From NCBI GenBank assembly GCA_021808485.1, contig JAKBBN010000005.1, forward strand, positions 5,571 to 69,570: 64,000 nucleotides of DNA, given 5' to 3'. Position 1 is the stretch's first letter. Each line of letters opens with the position of its first letter. Positions 37,628 through 48,188 of the stretch are shown here, in pieces. Both the position numbers and the translations under genes were made by a program. This stretch comes from Planctomycetota bacterium. Lineage in GTDB: Bacteria; Planctomycetota; Phycisphaerae; WQYP01. The notes under the pieces are model-generated. The model did no database searches and was not told the origin of the DNA. It worked only from the letters and a program-made list of their open reading frames with translations.

Positions 37628-38872
37628 ATGTCAAAGCGAAGAGTTGTAATCACGGGTTTGGGTGTTGTGACGCCCTTGGGAGAAGACCTGAACCTGTTCT
37701 GGCAGCGTTTACTGGCCGCGCATTGTGGAATTCGAAAAATCACGCGATTCGACTGCAGCGCCTATCCGGTGCGCATTGCCGGCGAGATTCTTCCCGCCGA
37801 CTTCCAACCAGATAAAATTATTCCGCATAAGGAAATAAAGCGCATGGACCGTTTCAGCGTCTATGGGCTTGCTGCGGGTATTCATGCGGTTGCCGACGCC
37901 GGTATTGACTTTTCCAAAATGGATACCGACCGCGCCGGCGTTATCGTTGGCTCGGGCATCGGCGGCATTGAGGAAATGGAACAGCAGTACGATAAAATGC
38001 TGGCCAAGGGTGTGGATCGCGTTTCACCGTTTACCGTGCCGAAGTTGATGGTAAATGCAGCCGCCGGCAATCTTTCCATTCAATGGGGGCTTCGCGGGCC
38101 GGTGTCAGCCACCGCGACCGCCTGTGCCACATCAGGCAACGCGATTGCCGATGCGTTCCGTACAATTCAATCCGGCGAGGCGGACGTGATGCTGGCCGGG
38201 GGAGCGGAAGCCGCACTTACCAAACTCGGTGTGGCGGCGTTTTGTGCGCTCAGGGCGCTGTCCACGCGCAACGACGAACCGGAAAAAGCCAGCCGTCCAT
38301 TTGAGAAAAACCGTTCCGGCTTTGTCATGGCCGAGGGGGCGGGAGTGGTGGTGCTGGAGGAATATGAGGCGGCCAAAGCTCGCGGCGCCAGGATTTATGC
38401 CGAACTGCTGGCCTGCGGAGCCACGGGCGACGGCTGCCATATTACCGCGCCGGATGAAAACGGAGCCGGTGCGGCAAAAGCCATGACCAAAGCTATGCGT
38501 GAGGCCGGCGTTCAACCCGGGCAGATCGGATACATCAACGCGCACGGCACCAGCACGGAACTCGGCGATCTTGCGGAAACCAAGGCCGTGCATACTGCTT
38601 TTGGTGCGGCCGCCGGAAAAGTTCAAATTAGTTCCACCAAGGGCGCCTTGGGACACAGCCTTGGCGCCTCCGGCGGAATTGAACTGGCCATTACCTGTCT
38701 GGCGCTGCACCGTGGTGAATTGCCGCCGACCATCAATTACGATGAACCGGATGAACTGTGCAATCTGGATTATATTCCCAATACCGCCCGAAGTGCGGCC
38801 ATCAAATATGCCATGAGCAACAGTTTCGGTTTTGGCGGGCATAATACCAGCATTCTTATCGGAAAAATCTGA
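37628..38872 (+). CDS. fabF: 3-oxoacyl-ACP synthase II
   Basis: MSKRRVVITGLGVVTPLG, active-site ATACATSGNAI, HGTSTELGD, GHSLGASGG. Confidence 0.92.
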   Translation: MSKRRVVITGLGVVTPLGEDLNLFWQRLLAAHCGIRKITRFDCSAYPVRIAGEILPADFQPDKIIPHKEIKRMDRFSVYGLAAGIHAVADAGIDFSKMDTDRAGVIVGSGIGGIEEMEQQYDKMLAKGVDRVSPFTVPKLMVNAAAGNLSIQWGLRGPVSATATACATSGNAIADAFRTIQSGEADVMLAGGAEAALTKLGVAAFCALRALSTRNDEPEKASRPFEKNRSGFVMAEGAGVVVLEEYEAAKARGARIYAELLACGATGDGCHITAPDENGAGAAKAMTKAMREAGVQPGQIGYINAHGTSTELGDLAETKAVHTAFGAAAGKVQISSTKGALGHSLGASGGIELAITCLALHRGELPPTINYDEPDELCNLDYIPNTARSAAIKYAMSNSFGFGGHNTSILIGKI

Positions 38873-39105
38873 CCTCTCCTCATGAATGTTCACGCGGTAC
38901 GGCATGACGCGGTTGCGGTATCGGGCCGATCGGCGGCGGTGAAACCGTTCCCGGCGGCGTTGCCGAAAAAAGAAAATTCCCCCCTCATGGGCTTTATACC
39001 GGATTGATTTCCAACTAGAATACAGGGCTTGGCTTTTGCCCGGTGGATGGCGAGCGGTTTTCGCTCCCGCGCCTGTGTGAGTGATTATTTTCGGAACCGA
39101 CACCT

Positions 39106-40944
39106 ATGAAGCGTAGAGACGAATTACGCAATATCGCTATCATCGCCCACGTAGACCACGGAAAGACCACGCTGGTCGATGCGCTGCTACGCCAGTCGGG
39201 CATGTTTCGCGCCGCCCAGTTGGAGGACAAAACACTTATCCTGGATAACAACCCGCTGGAACGGGAACGCGGCATCACTATTCTGGCCAAGAATGTCGCC
39301 ATGAATTATCCGGATGCCAAGGGGGTTGTCCGCAAGATCAACATTATTGATACGCCGGGCCACGCGGATTTCGGCGGCGAAGTGGAACGCGTGCTTAAAA
39401 TGGCCGACGGTGTATTGCTGCTGGTTGACGCCTTTGAAGGCCCGATGCCGCAGACGCGATTTGTGCTGAAAAAAGCCTTTCATTACAACATAAAACCCAT
39501 TGTCGTAATCAACAAAATAGACCGGCCAGACGCCCGTCCAGATGAAGTGCTCAACGAAATTTTTGACCTGTTTGTGGAACTTGAAGCCAGTGATGACGCG
39601 CTGGATTTTCCGGTTGTGTACGCTTCAGGCCGGGCGGGTTTTGCCAGGCTTAACCTGGAAGATACGGGCACGGATATGCGGCCGCTGCTGGAAACCATTA
39701 TCTCAAAGGTTCCCGGCCCGGTGGCGGATCTGGAAAAGCCCCTGCAAATGCAGGTGACCAATATCGACTACAACGAATATGTGGGCCGCATCGGCATCGG
39801 CCGGGTGTTTAACGGCTACCTTCGCAAAGGGGAAAAAATTGCCCTGCTGAAACGCAACGGCAAGCAGGAGTCCCACGCCACCGCTGAACTGTACCTGTTC
39901 GCCGGCCTGGGTCGGGAAAAAACCGAGCATGTGGAGGCGGGCGATATTTGTGCGGTGGTGGGCATTGAAGATGTGGATATCGGGGACACCATCGCCGCGC
40001 CGGAACATCCGGAAGCCTTGCCGCTGATTGATGTGGATGAACCCACGTTAAGCATGATCTTCTCCGTGAATGATTCGCCGTTCGCGGGCAAAGAAGGCAA
40101 ATATGTGACCAGCCGCAATTTGCGTGACCGGCTCTACCGGGAATTGCAAAGCAATGTGGCGCTGCGCGTGGAAGACACGCAATCCGCCGACTCGCTGCGG
40201 GTCAGCGGCCGCGGGCTGCTGCATCTGGGTGTGCTTATTGAAAACATGCGGCGCGAAGGCTATGAGCTTCAGGTCAGCAAGCCGAAGGTGATCTTCAAGG
40301 AACTCAACGGTCATAAGTGTGAACCGGTGGAAAACCTGGTGATTGATGTCCCGCAGCAGAATGTCGGATCCGTGATGGAACTGGTGGGCAACCGCCGCGG
40401 CGAACTTGTGCGCATGGATGCCAAGGGAAATATCACCCATCTGGAATTCACCATTCCATCACGCGGATTGATCGGTCTGCGCACCCGGCTGTTAAACGCC
40501 ACCCAGGGTGAAGCAATTATGCACCACACGTTTCATGACTATCAGTTTATCCGCGGCGCGCTGCCCGGCCGGCAGAACGGCGTCATGGTGAGCATGGAAA
40601 ACGGCTCAACCAATGCCTATGCTCTTGATACGCTGCAGGATCGCGGCGTCATGTTTGTAAAGCCGGGCGATGACGTGTATGAGGGCATGGTGGTAGGCGA
40701 ATACAACAAGGATACGGATATCACCGTGAATGTATGCCGGGAGAAAAAGCTTTCCAACATGCGCACCACCAGCAGTGACAAGAATATTATTCTCAAGCCG
40801 CCGCGGGATATGTCATTGGAAATCGCCCTGGAATACATTGAAGATGATGAACTCGTGGAAGTGACGCCGGCCGCAATCCGTCTGCGCAAGCGTTATTTGA
40901 AGGAAAACGATCGCAAACGATACAGCCGGACCGAAGTGGTCTGA
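39106..40944 (+). CDS. typA: Ribosome-associated GTPase TypA/BipA
   Basis: [40 protein letters not shown]-like domains, ~610 aa. Confidence 0.92.
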   Translation: MKRRDELRNIAIIAHVDHGKTTLVDALLRQSGMFRAAQLEDKTLILDNNPLERERGITILAKNVAMNYPDAKGVVRKINIIDTPGHADFGGEVERVLKMADGVLLLVDAFEGPMPQTRFVLKKAFHYNIKPIVVINKIDRPDARPDEVLNEIFDLFVELEASDDALDFPVVYASGRAGFARLNLEDTGTDMRPLLETIISKVPGPVADLEKPLQMQVTNIDYNEYVGRIGIGRVFNGYLRKGEKIALLKRNGKQESHATAELYLFAGLGREKTEHVEAGDICAVVGIEDVDIGDTIAAPEHPEALPLIDVDEPTLSMIFSVNDSPFAGKEGKYVTSRNLRDRLYRELQSNVALRVEDTQSADSLRVSGRGLLHLGVLIENMRREGYELQVSKPKVIFKELNGHKCEPVENLVIDVPQQNVGSVMELVGNRRGELVRMDAKGNITHLEFTIPSRGLIGLRTRLLNATQGEAIMHHTFHDYQFIRGALPGRQNGVMVSMENGSTNAYALDTLQDRGVMFVKPGDDVYEGMVVGEYNKDTDITVNVCREKKLSNMRTTSSDKNIILKPPRDMSLEIALEYIEDDELVEVTPAAIRLRKRYLKENDRKRYSRTEVV

Positions 40945-40999
40945 ATCGCCGGTCGGCTGCGGCACCCAACGGAATTGCCGGATCAGGAATCTGTTTCCC

Positions 41000-41713
41000 A
41001 TGAACTACATTGATGTTCACAACCACTTCCTTCCCGGCATGGATGATGGCTGTAAAAACTTCGGTGAATCGTTGCTTTGTGTGCGGGCCATGATCGCCCA
41101 GGGGTACAACCGCTTTTTTCTTACCCCGCATACCGGTCCTACGGAAATCACCAACATCAAACCGGCGCAGACTTGCCTGGCCGTGGAACGGTTCAGCCGT
41201 CAGATGGCGGAAGCCGGCGTGAAGGCTGAATTCCGCCCCGGCGGCGAATTGCGTTTATCGCCGGAAATGTGCCGCTGGACGGATATGACATTGGTGCCCA
41301 CTTATGGCATGAACACCCGGTATGTGCTTGCGGATTTATGGGAGCCGTTCTGGCCTGCATGGGGGGACGAGGCCGTTGACTGGCTGCAACACCGCGGTTT
41401 TACGGTTGTGCTGGCGCATCCGGAACGAATGGCGTGCATGTTGGATGATCCGGGGTTCATACAGGTGCTTGCCGATCGCGGCGTATTGTTTCAGGGGAAC
41501 CTTGGGCCGCTGGGTGGCTCGGAGACGGAACTCGTCCGTCAACTGGCGCAGCGCTACCTTAAGGAAGACCGCTATTTCATGCTGGGTACGGATGGCCATC
41601 GTCCGGATCACATCGCTTTCCGCATGGCCGGCATCACCCTGGCGGCGGATTTGGTGGGTGAGGCACACCTGCGTCGTCTCATGGTGGAGAACCCATCCAA
41701 ATTGTGGCAGTAA
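41000..41713 (+). CDS. PHP-domain protein-tyrosine phosphatase, CpsB/YwqE-type
   Basis: MNYIDVHNHFLPGMDDGCKNFGESL...FLTPH N-terminal metal-binding motif of CpsB/YwqE PHP phosphatases. Confidence 0.75.
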   Translation: MNYIDVHNHFLPGMDDGCKNFGESLLCVRAMIAQGYNRFFLTPHTGPTEITNIKPAQTCLAVERFSRQMAEAGVKAEFRPGGELRLSPEMCRWTDMTLVPTYGMNTRYVLADLWEPFWPAWGDEAVDWLQHRGFTVVLAHPERMACMLDDPGFIQVLADRGVLFQGNLGPLGGSETELVRQLAQRYLKEDRYFMLGTDGHRPDHIAFRMAGITLAADLVGEAHLRRLMVENPSKLWQ

Positions 41714-41725
41714 AAGCGTCGCGGC

Positions 41726-43183
41726 TCATACCGGTGGAGTCTGCGTGTGCCAGGGATGATGCTTTTCATACTGACGGGCCAGCCGCAACATCCGTGCTTC
41801 ACTGAATACCGGCCCGAATAATTGCAGGCCTATCGGCAATCGATCACTGGAAAATCCGCATGGAATGTTCATTCCGGGAATGCCGGCGATATTGCACGTA
41901 ACCGTGAAGACGTCGCACAAATACATCTGCAACGGGTCTCCACTTTTGGAGCCGATCTCAAATGCGGTGGTGGGTGATGTCGGACAGGCGATGAAGTCGC
42001 ATTGCTTGAATGCGTCGTCAAAATCGCGTTTGATCAGCGTGCGTATCTTCAATGCCCGCACATAATATGCGTCATAATAGCCGGAAGATAGGGCATATGT
42101 TCCCAGCATGATCCGTCGTTGCACCTCCGGCCCAAAGCCCTCCGCCCGGCTCGCGGCGTACAGTTCGTAAATGTCCCCCGCGGATGCGGTGCGGTGTCCG
42201 TAATGCACGCCGTCATAGCGGGCCAGGTTGCTGGAGGCTTCCGCCGGGGCGATAACGTAGTAGGCGGCAATGCCGTATTTTGTGTGCGGTAATTTCACCG
42301 GAACAATCTCGGCCCCCTGGGATTTGTAAAACTCAATCGCCGCATTGACCGCCGCCAGAACCTGCCTGTCGGTGCCCGAACCGAAAAATTCCTCAGGCAG
42401 GCCGATTCGCACGCTTTCCAGCGGCTTTTCAAGCCCGTCCAGGTAATTCTGCGGTTCGGCAGGCCAACTGGTGGAGTCCAGTGGATCATGACCGGCCAGC
42501 ACCTGCAGCAGCAGAGCGGCGTCCGATACGGTGCGCGTCATCGGGCCGATTTGGTCCAGCGAACTGGCAAAAGCCACCAGTCCATAACGGGAAACCAGGC
42601 CGTAGGTCGGTTTCAGCCCCACGATGCCGCACAGAGATGCCGGTTGACGGATGGATCCGCCAGTATCCGAACCCAGGGAGGCCGCGCACAGCCGGGCCGC
42701 GGTCGCCGCCGCCGATCCGCCGGAAGAACCGCCGGGTACGCGGTCCGTGTTCCATGGATTGCGTGTGGGGCCGAATGCGGAATTTTCCGTGGAACTGCCC
42801 ATGGCGAACTCATCAAGATTCGTTTTCCCGAGAAATACGGCGCCGGCCGCGGACAGCTTTTCAATGACCGTTGCATTGTACGGAGCACGAAAATCCTTGA
42901 GCATTCGGGATGAACATGTGGTGGCGCCGAAAGTGGTGCACAAATTATCCTTCAGCGCAATCGGTACGCCCGCCAGCAGGCCCAGCGGTTTACCGGCGGC
43001 CCGCAGGCGGTCGATGGCCGCGGCACTGTCCATTGCCTTTTCTTCAAGCAGGCTGTTATAGCAATGCAGTTTCGGTTCCAGGGAGCGGATGCGGTCGAAT
43101 GCCGCAGCGGCTGCCTGAACGGCGGTGATATCACCGGCGGCAATTTTGTCGCGTGTTTCCAGTGCGCTTAATTCGTGAAGCAT
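41726..43183 (-). CDS. gatA: Glutamyl-tRNA(Gln) amidotransferase subunit A
   Basis: Amidase signature GGSSGGSAAATAARLC, overall GatA length and N-terminus MLHELSALETRDKIAAGDITAV. Confidence 0.9.
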   Translation of the reverse strand: MLHELSALETRDKIAAGDITAVQAAAAAFDRIRSLEPKLHCYNSLLEEKAMDSAAAIDRLRAAGKPLGLLAGVPIALKDNLCTTFGATTCSSRMLKDFRAPYNATVIEKLSAAGAVFLGKTNLDEFAMGSSTENSAFGPTRNPWNTDRVPGGSSGGSAAATAARLCAASLGSDTGGSIRQPASLCGIVGLKPTYGLVSRYGLVAFASSLDQIGPMTRTVSDAALLLQVLAGHDPLDSTSWPAEPQNYLDGLEKPLESVRIGLPEEFFGSGTDRQVLAAVNAAIEFYKSQGAEIVPVKLPHTKYGIAAYYVIAPAEASSNLARYDGVHYGHRTASAGDIYELYAASRAEGFGPEVQRRIMLGTYALSSGYYDAYYVRALKIRTLIKRDFDDAFKQCDFIACPTSPTTAFEIGSKSGDPLQMYLCDVFTVTCNIAGIPGMNIPCGFSSDRLPIGLQLFGPVFSEARMLRLARQYEKHHPWHTQTPPV

Positions 43184-43425
43184 AGTGTCCTGTCCGCAAG
43201 TTAATATCACCCGCTGCGCCGGGCGGATGCCGACGGACGCAACGGAACTAAATCATAAAAGATTTTAACCAATTTGACAGCAGCATCCGCGGCCCGGACA
43301 AAATAGCGCCGAAAATCGCTGGAAATCCGCCCGCTCGGGGGCGGCCGAGCCCCCGATGTGTATCAAACAAGCCCCGCGGGCCGCACGCGGCGTCCGCCGA
43401 TTTGTCCCGTCGCGCTTTGCCGCCC

Positions 43426-44448
43426 TTATCCATGTAAACCGCGGAAATGCTGCGGTGATTCGGCCGCGCTGGTTCGGTGCGACACCATCATCGCCGTAAG
43501 CACGGCGGCCGTGTCGGATAAAAAATGCGGCCAGCCGCGATCCGGAGACGCCGGAGCGGCAAACTTGTCGCAAAATTCGGTCAATTCCGCCGCCAGCGGC
43601 TTCCATGCGGCATCACGTAATTGCGACGCAGCCGTATCTTTTTCGATTTCCGAACCGTTGGCCGCGGAACGTATGCTGTACGCATGATCGGAAAGGTTCA
43701 CCAGGTGGCTTGCGTTAAACAAGGATAAAGACCGGCTCAATGGGGAGTCGTTATCACATATCACCAGCGACGCCGTTGATTCAATAAATCGCAGCGTCAT
43801 TGATACCAACCCGTTGACATCGGTAAAGCGGTCACGGTTGCCCAGTTCGCCCTGCACAGCGGCATACACCGTCGCCGGTACGCCCATCGTTTCAATGACC
43901 GTGCGGCAGGCGTCCCATGCCAAAACGGACAATGACCGGACGGATGCCTGCGCTCCGGGCCATTCCCGTGCACGCGAATGGGTGATACCCGTCCACTGAC
44001 CGCTCAAAAAGCGAACCCCGCGAAGATAGTCTTCTTGCTCACGGCATTGCCGCATCGCCCAGGAGGATGTCATGCGCGGCCAGATATAAAGCAGGTGGCT
44101 GATCGGTTCCAGCATCACGCTGAGTTTTTGCGCCTCGGCAAGGTTCTGCACCGGCGGGCCAAGGCTGAATACCCCGATTCCCTGCTGCAGGCACGCAATC
44201 ACAAAATCCAGCGGAAAGTTGCGCGGCCGGTCCAGAATGACCATCTGCGGCGCCGCTTCCAGCATCATGCGGCGGAAATCGACATAAAAGGGGGCATCCA
44301 GACGTTGCCCAAGATTCCGGGCGGACCCCATCTGCAATTGCGCCACCGCAACCAAATTAATTTTCCCGCTGTCGCGCACTTGCGCAATGGCTTCCACCCA
44401 GTCTTTCTGGATCTGCTCCAACCCTACAATCGCGCAATTTATCGGCAC
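43426..44448 (-). CDS. Hypothetical protein with Gfo/Idh/MocA-like NAD(P)-binding N-domain and unrecognised C-terminal half
   Basis: AIVGLEQIQKDWVEAIAQ...VAVAQLQMGSARNLGQ...MVILDRP Rossmann N-domain resembles Gfo/Idh/MocA; GTG start after AGGAAG; no gatC nearby. Confidence 0.45.
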   Translation of the reverse strand: MPINCAIVGLEQIQKDWVEAIAQVRDSGKINLVAVAQLQMGSARNLGQRLDAPFYVDFRRMMLEAAPQMVILDRPRNFPLDFVIACLQQGIGVFSLGPPVQNLAEAQKLSVMLEPISHLLYIWPRMTSSWAMRQCREQEDYLRGVRFLSGQWTGITHSRAREWPGAQASVRSLSVLAWDACRTVIETMGVPATVYAAVQGELGNRDRFTDVNGLVSMTLRFIESTASLVICDNDSPLSRSLSLFNASHLVNLSDHAYSIRSAANGSEIEKDTAASQLRDAAWKPLAAELTEFCDKFAAPASPDRGWPHFLSDTAAVLTAMMVSHRTSAAESPQHFRGLHG

Positions 44449-44514
44449 ACGCTGCTTCCTGAAAAAACCTGCGGGGCTCCAACAGCCCGCAACATTACCC
44501 GCTCACTTTTTATC

Positions 44515-46590
44515 TTAGTGCACCCGCTGGCCCGGCGACGCCTTGGAATCCACCGCAAGAAGAAAAACTTCCGCCCCGCCCGGACCGCTGGCCAGAATCA
44601 TTCCCTCGCTCACGCCGAATTTCATCTTTCTTGGCGCCAGGTTCGCGCAAAAAATGACCAGGCGCCCCGTCAGTTCCTCGGCCGTATATGCCTTTTTGAT
44701 GCCGGCCAGAATATTTCTCTTTCCCAGCGGCCCGGCGTCCAGCACAAGTCGCATTAGTTTGTCCGACTCCGTCACGGCACTCGCCTCCAGCACCCGGGCC
44801 ACGCGCAAATCCACCGCCGCAAATTGATCAATCGTGCAGGTGGGGGCCAGCGGTTCCTCGATGGCCGCCGTCGCGGCCGCATGAACCGGTGCAGCGGCGG
44901 TGCCAGCGGCGGCCGGATCGGTTGATGGCGCGCCGGTCGGCGGCAGCGCGGCGTCTGAATTGTCCTGAAGCATGGCTTGAATCCGCCTTTCGTCTATACG
45001 GGTAATCAGATGTTCAAAGGGATTAATTGTTTGGGACGGCATGGAATTAACTGCATCGGACCATTTCATCGGCTCCAGCCGCAGGCAGGCTTCCACCTTT
45101 TCGGCATAGGTCGGCAGAATCGGCTTAAGGTAAAGCGTCAGAATTCGTCCGCATTCCAGAGCTGCGGTCAATACGCCCCGCGCCGCTTCCGTGTCCTTCT
45201 TTATCAGCGTCCAAGGGGCCTGATCTTCAACATATTTGTTGGCTTTATCGGCGAGTTGGCATATCAGCCGCGTCACTCCCGCATAATTCCGTTCTTCATA
45301 AAGTTGCGTGACGGTGGCCTGCGCCTCGCGAATTTCCTTTATCAGTGGCAGGGCGTCCGCGAGTGGAATCCCGGTCTTTCCGTCCAGATTTCTGGAAAGC
45401 ATGGGTGCGCATCGGCTGATAAGATTGGCCAGTTTGCCTACCAGTTCACTGTTCACCCGCGCTGTAAAGTCATCAAAACTAAGATCCAGATCCGCCGGGG
45501 TTGCCGTAAGCCGCGTGGCCAGATAGTAGCGGAGCCACTGCGGATCCAAAAATCGGGCATATTGATCCGCGTTGATGAAAGTGCCGCGACTCTTGGACAT
45601 CTTCTCGCCGTTTACCGTCAGATGGCCGTGCACAAACAGCCGGCGGGGCGGATGCAGCCCGCTCGCTATCAGGATCGCCGGCCAGAATAACGCATGGAAA
45701 TAAACGATATCCTTGCCGATAAAATGATAAATCTCCACATCCGGGTCCTGCCAGAATTCCAAGGCGTCCGCGGCATTGCCGTGCAGGAATTTCGCCAGTC
45801 CGGCCAGGTAACCGATGGGGGCGTCAAGCCAGTTGTAAAAGTACTTTCCCGGGTGGCCCGGTATTTCAAAGCCGAAGAACGGCGCATCGCGGGAAATGTC
45901 CCAGTCCTTCAGCCGGTCGCCGAACCATTCCGCGAGTTTTCGGGCCACGGTTTCGTCGGTAAATCCGCTGCCAATAAGGGATTGAAGCGCGTTGCGGAAT
46001 TTCTCCAGCTGCAGAAAAAAATGCGGGCTTTTTCGCCGCTCCGGGGTGGCCCCGCTCACCGCGCTTTTTGGATTAATCAGGTCCGTAGGGTCATAGGTTT
46101 TTCCGCAAATTTCGCAGGAATCCCCGTACTGCTCCGGCGATTTGCAGTTCGGACAGGTTCCACGGATGAACCGGTCCGGGAGAAAAATGTTCTCGACCGG
46201 ATCGAAAAATTGTTCCACCTCCCGCTGTTCAATGCAGCCCGCCGCTGAAAGCCGCGAATACAGCAACTCGCAGAGTTCCCGATTTTCCGGCGAATGGGTG
46301 GAATAATACTGGTCGAAACTGATGCCGAACCGCGCGAAGCTTTGCTGATGCTCCTGGTTCATCCGCGAAATAAACCGGTCCGGTTCCAGCCCTTCTTTCC
46401 GGGCTCGCAGCATGATGGGCGTGCCGTGCGCATCGTCGCCGCAGATATAGGTAACGCTATGCCCGCAGAGCCGTTGAAATCGCACCCAGATATCTGTCTG
46501 GATGTATTCAACAAGATGACCGATGTGAATGGATCCGTTGGCGTAAGGCAGGGCGGATGTGACCAGAATTTTACGATACTTTTGCGTCAT
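44515..46590 (-). CDS. metG: Methionine--tRNA ligase with C-terminal tRNA-binding (EMAP/Trbp111-like) domain
   Basis: KILVTSALPYANGSIHIGHL (HIGH), CPNC...CEIC zinc knuckles, KMSKS, C-terminal FAAVDLRVARVLEA...LVIFCANLAPRKMKFGVSEGMILA. Confidence 0.93.
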   Translation of the reverse strand: MTQKYRKILVTSALPYANGSIHIGHLVEYIQTDIWVRFQRLCGHSVTYICGDDAHGTPIMLRARKEGLEPDRFISRMNQEHQQSFARFGISFDQYYSTHSPENRELCELLYSRLSAAGCIEQREVEQFFDPVENIFLPDRFIRGTCPNCKSPEQYGDSCEICGKTYDPTDLINPKSAVSGATPERRKSPHFFLQLEKFRNALQSLIGSGFTDETVARKLAEWFGDRLKDWDISRDAPFFGFEIPGHPGKYFYNWLDAPIGYLAGLAKFLHGNAADALEFWQDPDVEIYHFIGKDIVYFHALFWPAILIASGLHPPRRLFVHGHLTVNGEKMSKSRGTFINADQYARFLDPQWLRYYLATRLTATPADLDLSFDDFTARVNSELVGKLANLISRCAPMLSRNLDGKTGIPLADALPLIKEIREAQATVTQLYEERNYAGVTRLICQLADKANKYVEDQAPWTLIKKDTEAARGVLTAALECGRILTLYLKPILPTYAEKVEACLRLEPMKWSDAVNSMPSQTINPFEHLITRIDERRIQAMLQDNSDAALPPTGAPSTDPAAAGTAAAPVHAAATAAIEEPLAPTCTIDQFAAVDLRVARVLEASAVTESDKLMRLVLDAGPLGKRNILAGIKKAYTAEELTGRLVIFCANLAPRKMKFGVSEGMILASGPGGAEVFLLAVDSKASPGQRVH

Positions 46591-46870
46591 GCAGACTCCA
46601 CAAGCCTCTATCGGCGGCGGGTATTGTAACGCAATATACGGAAATTTGCGTCAGGGCGGCGGCGGCCGTGCCGGTGGCAAAGCGAATTCCGCCCGCCCCA
46701 TTTTTGCAGGGTCGCTTCGACCGCCGACCCTTCGCCGATCCGGAGATTTACGCAAAGCGGAAAACAATCCGTGATGCACTTCGCATCCCCTTCGCCTTGC
46801 GGTAAACTACAGGACTTGCTGATTCGCGGACTGACCGCGCATGCAAAGCTGAAGCCTTGAGGAGTTTATC

Positions 46871-48124
46871 ATGATTTCCCGGCGGAAAACCCGGCAGGTA
46901 AAAGTAGGGAATGTGCTGATCGGCGGTGACGCCCCGGTCGCCGTGCAATCAATGACCAGCGGTTACACCCATGATATCGACGGATGTGTGCGCGAAATCA
47001 ACAAGCTTGCCGCCGCCGGGGCGGATATTGTTCGCGTGGCGGTGCCGGAACGCAAGGACACTGAAGCCCTCAAGGAAATACTCAAACAGGTCAAGGTGCC
47101 GGTAGTGGCGGATGTCCATTTCCACTTTCAGCGGGCGATGGAGGCGATTGAAGCCGGTGTAAGCAAAATCCGCCTGAACCCGGGCAACATCAACGACCGC
47201 AAGCAGGTGGAGGCGGTGATTGATGCGTGTAAGGACCGGGGCATACCAATCCGCGTCGGGGTGAATGAAGGCTCCATCGTGGAACGCAAGGATAAACAGC
47301 GGCGACTCAAGGAACTCGGCGCCGTATTCAGCAACAACCGCCACGGCCAGATGCTGGCGATCATGATTTCAAAGCTCGAAGAATATCTGGATATTTTTTA
47401 TGAGCGGAATTTTTATGACATTGTCATTTCCGCCAAATCAATTGACCCGCTGCTTGTGCTGGACGCCTACACCGAAATTTCACGCCGGTTCGATCATCCC
47501 CTGCATCTGGGGGTGACGCATGCCGGCCCGAAAGAGACCGGCACGATCCGCAGCGTAGTGCCGTTGGGTACACTGCTTGCCAACGGCATCGGCGATACCA
47601 TTCGCATCAGCTACGCCAATGATCCGGTATATGAAGTTCAGGACGGCCTGGAACTGCTGTACGTACTGGGGCTGCGGACTCGCAAAGGGGCGGAGTTGAT
47701 CGCCTGTCCCACCTGCGGCCGCATACAGGTTGATCTGTTTACTTTGGTGCAGGATGTCAATCGCAAATTAAAGGAGCGGATCACCCTGCCGATTAAAGTT
47801 GCCGTAATGGGCTGTGTGGTCAACGGTCCGGGCGAATGCGAAGGGGCCGATGTGGCCATTTTCGCCGGTGACAAACGCGGCATTATTTATGTTCAGGGGC
47901 AAAAAGTCGCCAACGTTCCCGAAGAAAAAATTCTTGACGCCCTGCTGGAACAATGCGCCCTGTTTCAGGAAAAAGTCATGCGCGGCGAAGCCCGCCTGGG
48001 CGAAAAACTGGTGGACATCCTGCCGCCGGACCCGATTGGTGAACTGGGTTCCGGTTACGCCAAAATCGCCGCCGAAAAAGCTCATTCGGCCGGGCAGGCT
48101 GTGTCACTTCCACTTGCGCCGTGA
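46871..48124 (+). CDS. ispG: 4-hydroxy-3-methylbut-2-en-1-yl diphosphate synthase (flavodoxin)
   Basis: TRQVKVGNVLIGGDAPVAVQSMT, CPTCGR...GCVVNGPGE Fe-S cysteines. Confidence 0.92.
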   Translation: MISRRKTRQVKVGNVLIGGDAPVAVQSMTSGYTHDIDGCVREINKLAAAGADIVRVAVPERKDTEALKEILKQVKVPVVADVHFHFQRAMEAIEAGVSKIRLNPGNINDRKQVEAVIDACKDRGIPIRVGVNEGSIVERKDKQRRLKELGAVFSNNRHGQMLAIMISKLEEYLDIFYERNFYDIVISAKSIDPLLVLDAYTEISRRFDHPLHLGVTHAGPKETGTIRSVVPLGTLLANGIGDTIRISYANDPVYEVQDGLELLYVLGLRTRKGAELIACPTCGRIQVDLFTLVQDVNRKLKERITLPIKVAVMGCVVNGPGECEGADVAIFAGDKRGIIYVQGQKVANVPEEKILDALLEQCALFQEKVMRGEARLGEKLVDILPPDPIGELGSGYAKIAAEKAHSAGQAVSLPLAP

Positions 48125-48188
48125 TGATATCGACCGTGTGTCAACGCCCTCGGCAGGGCGCAACACCATTTTGGGGTGATATAAAGGC

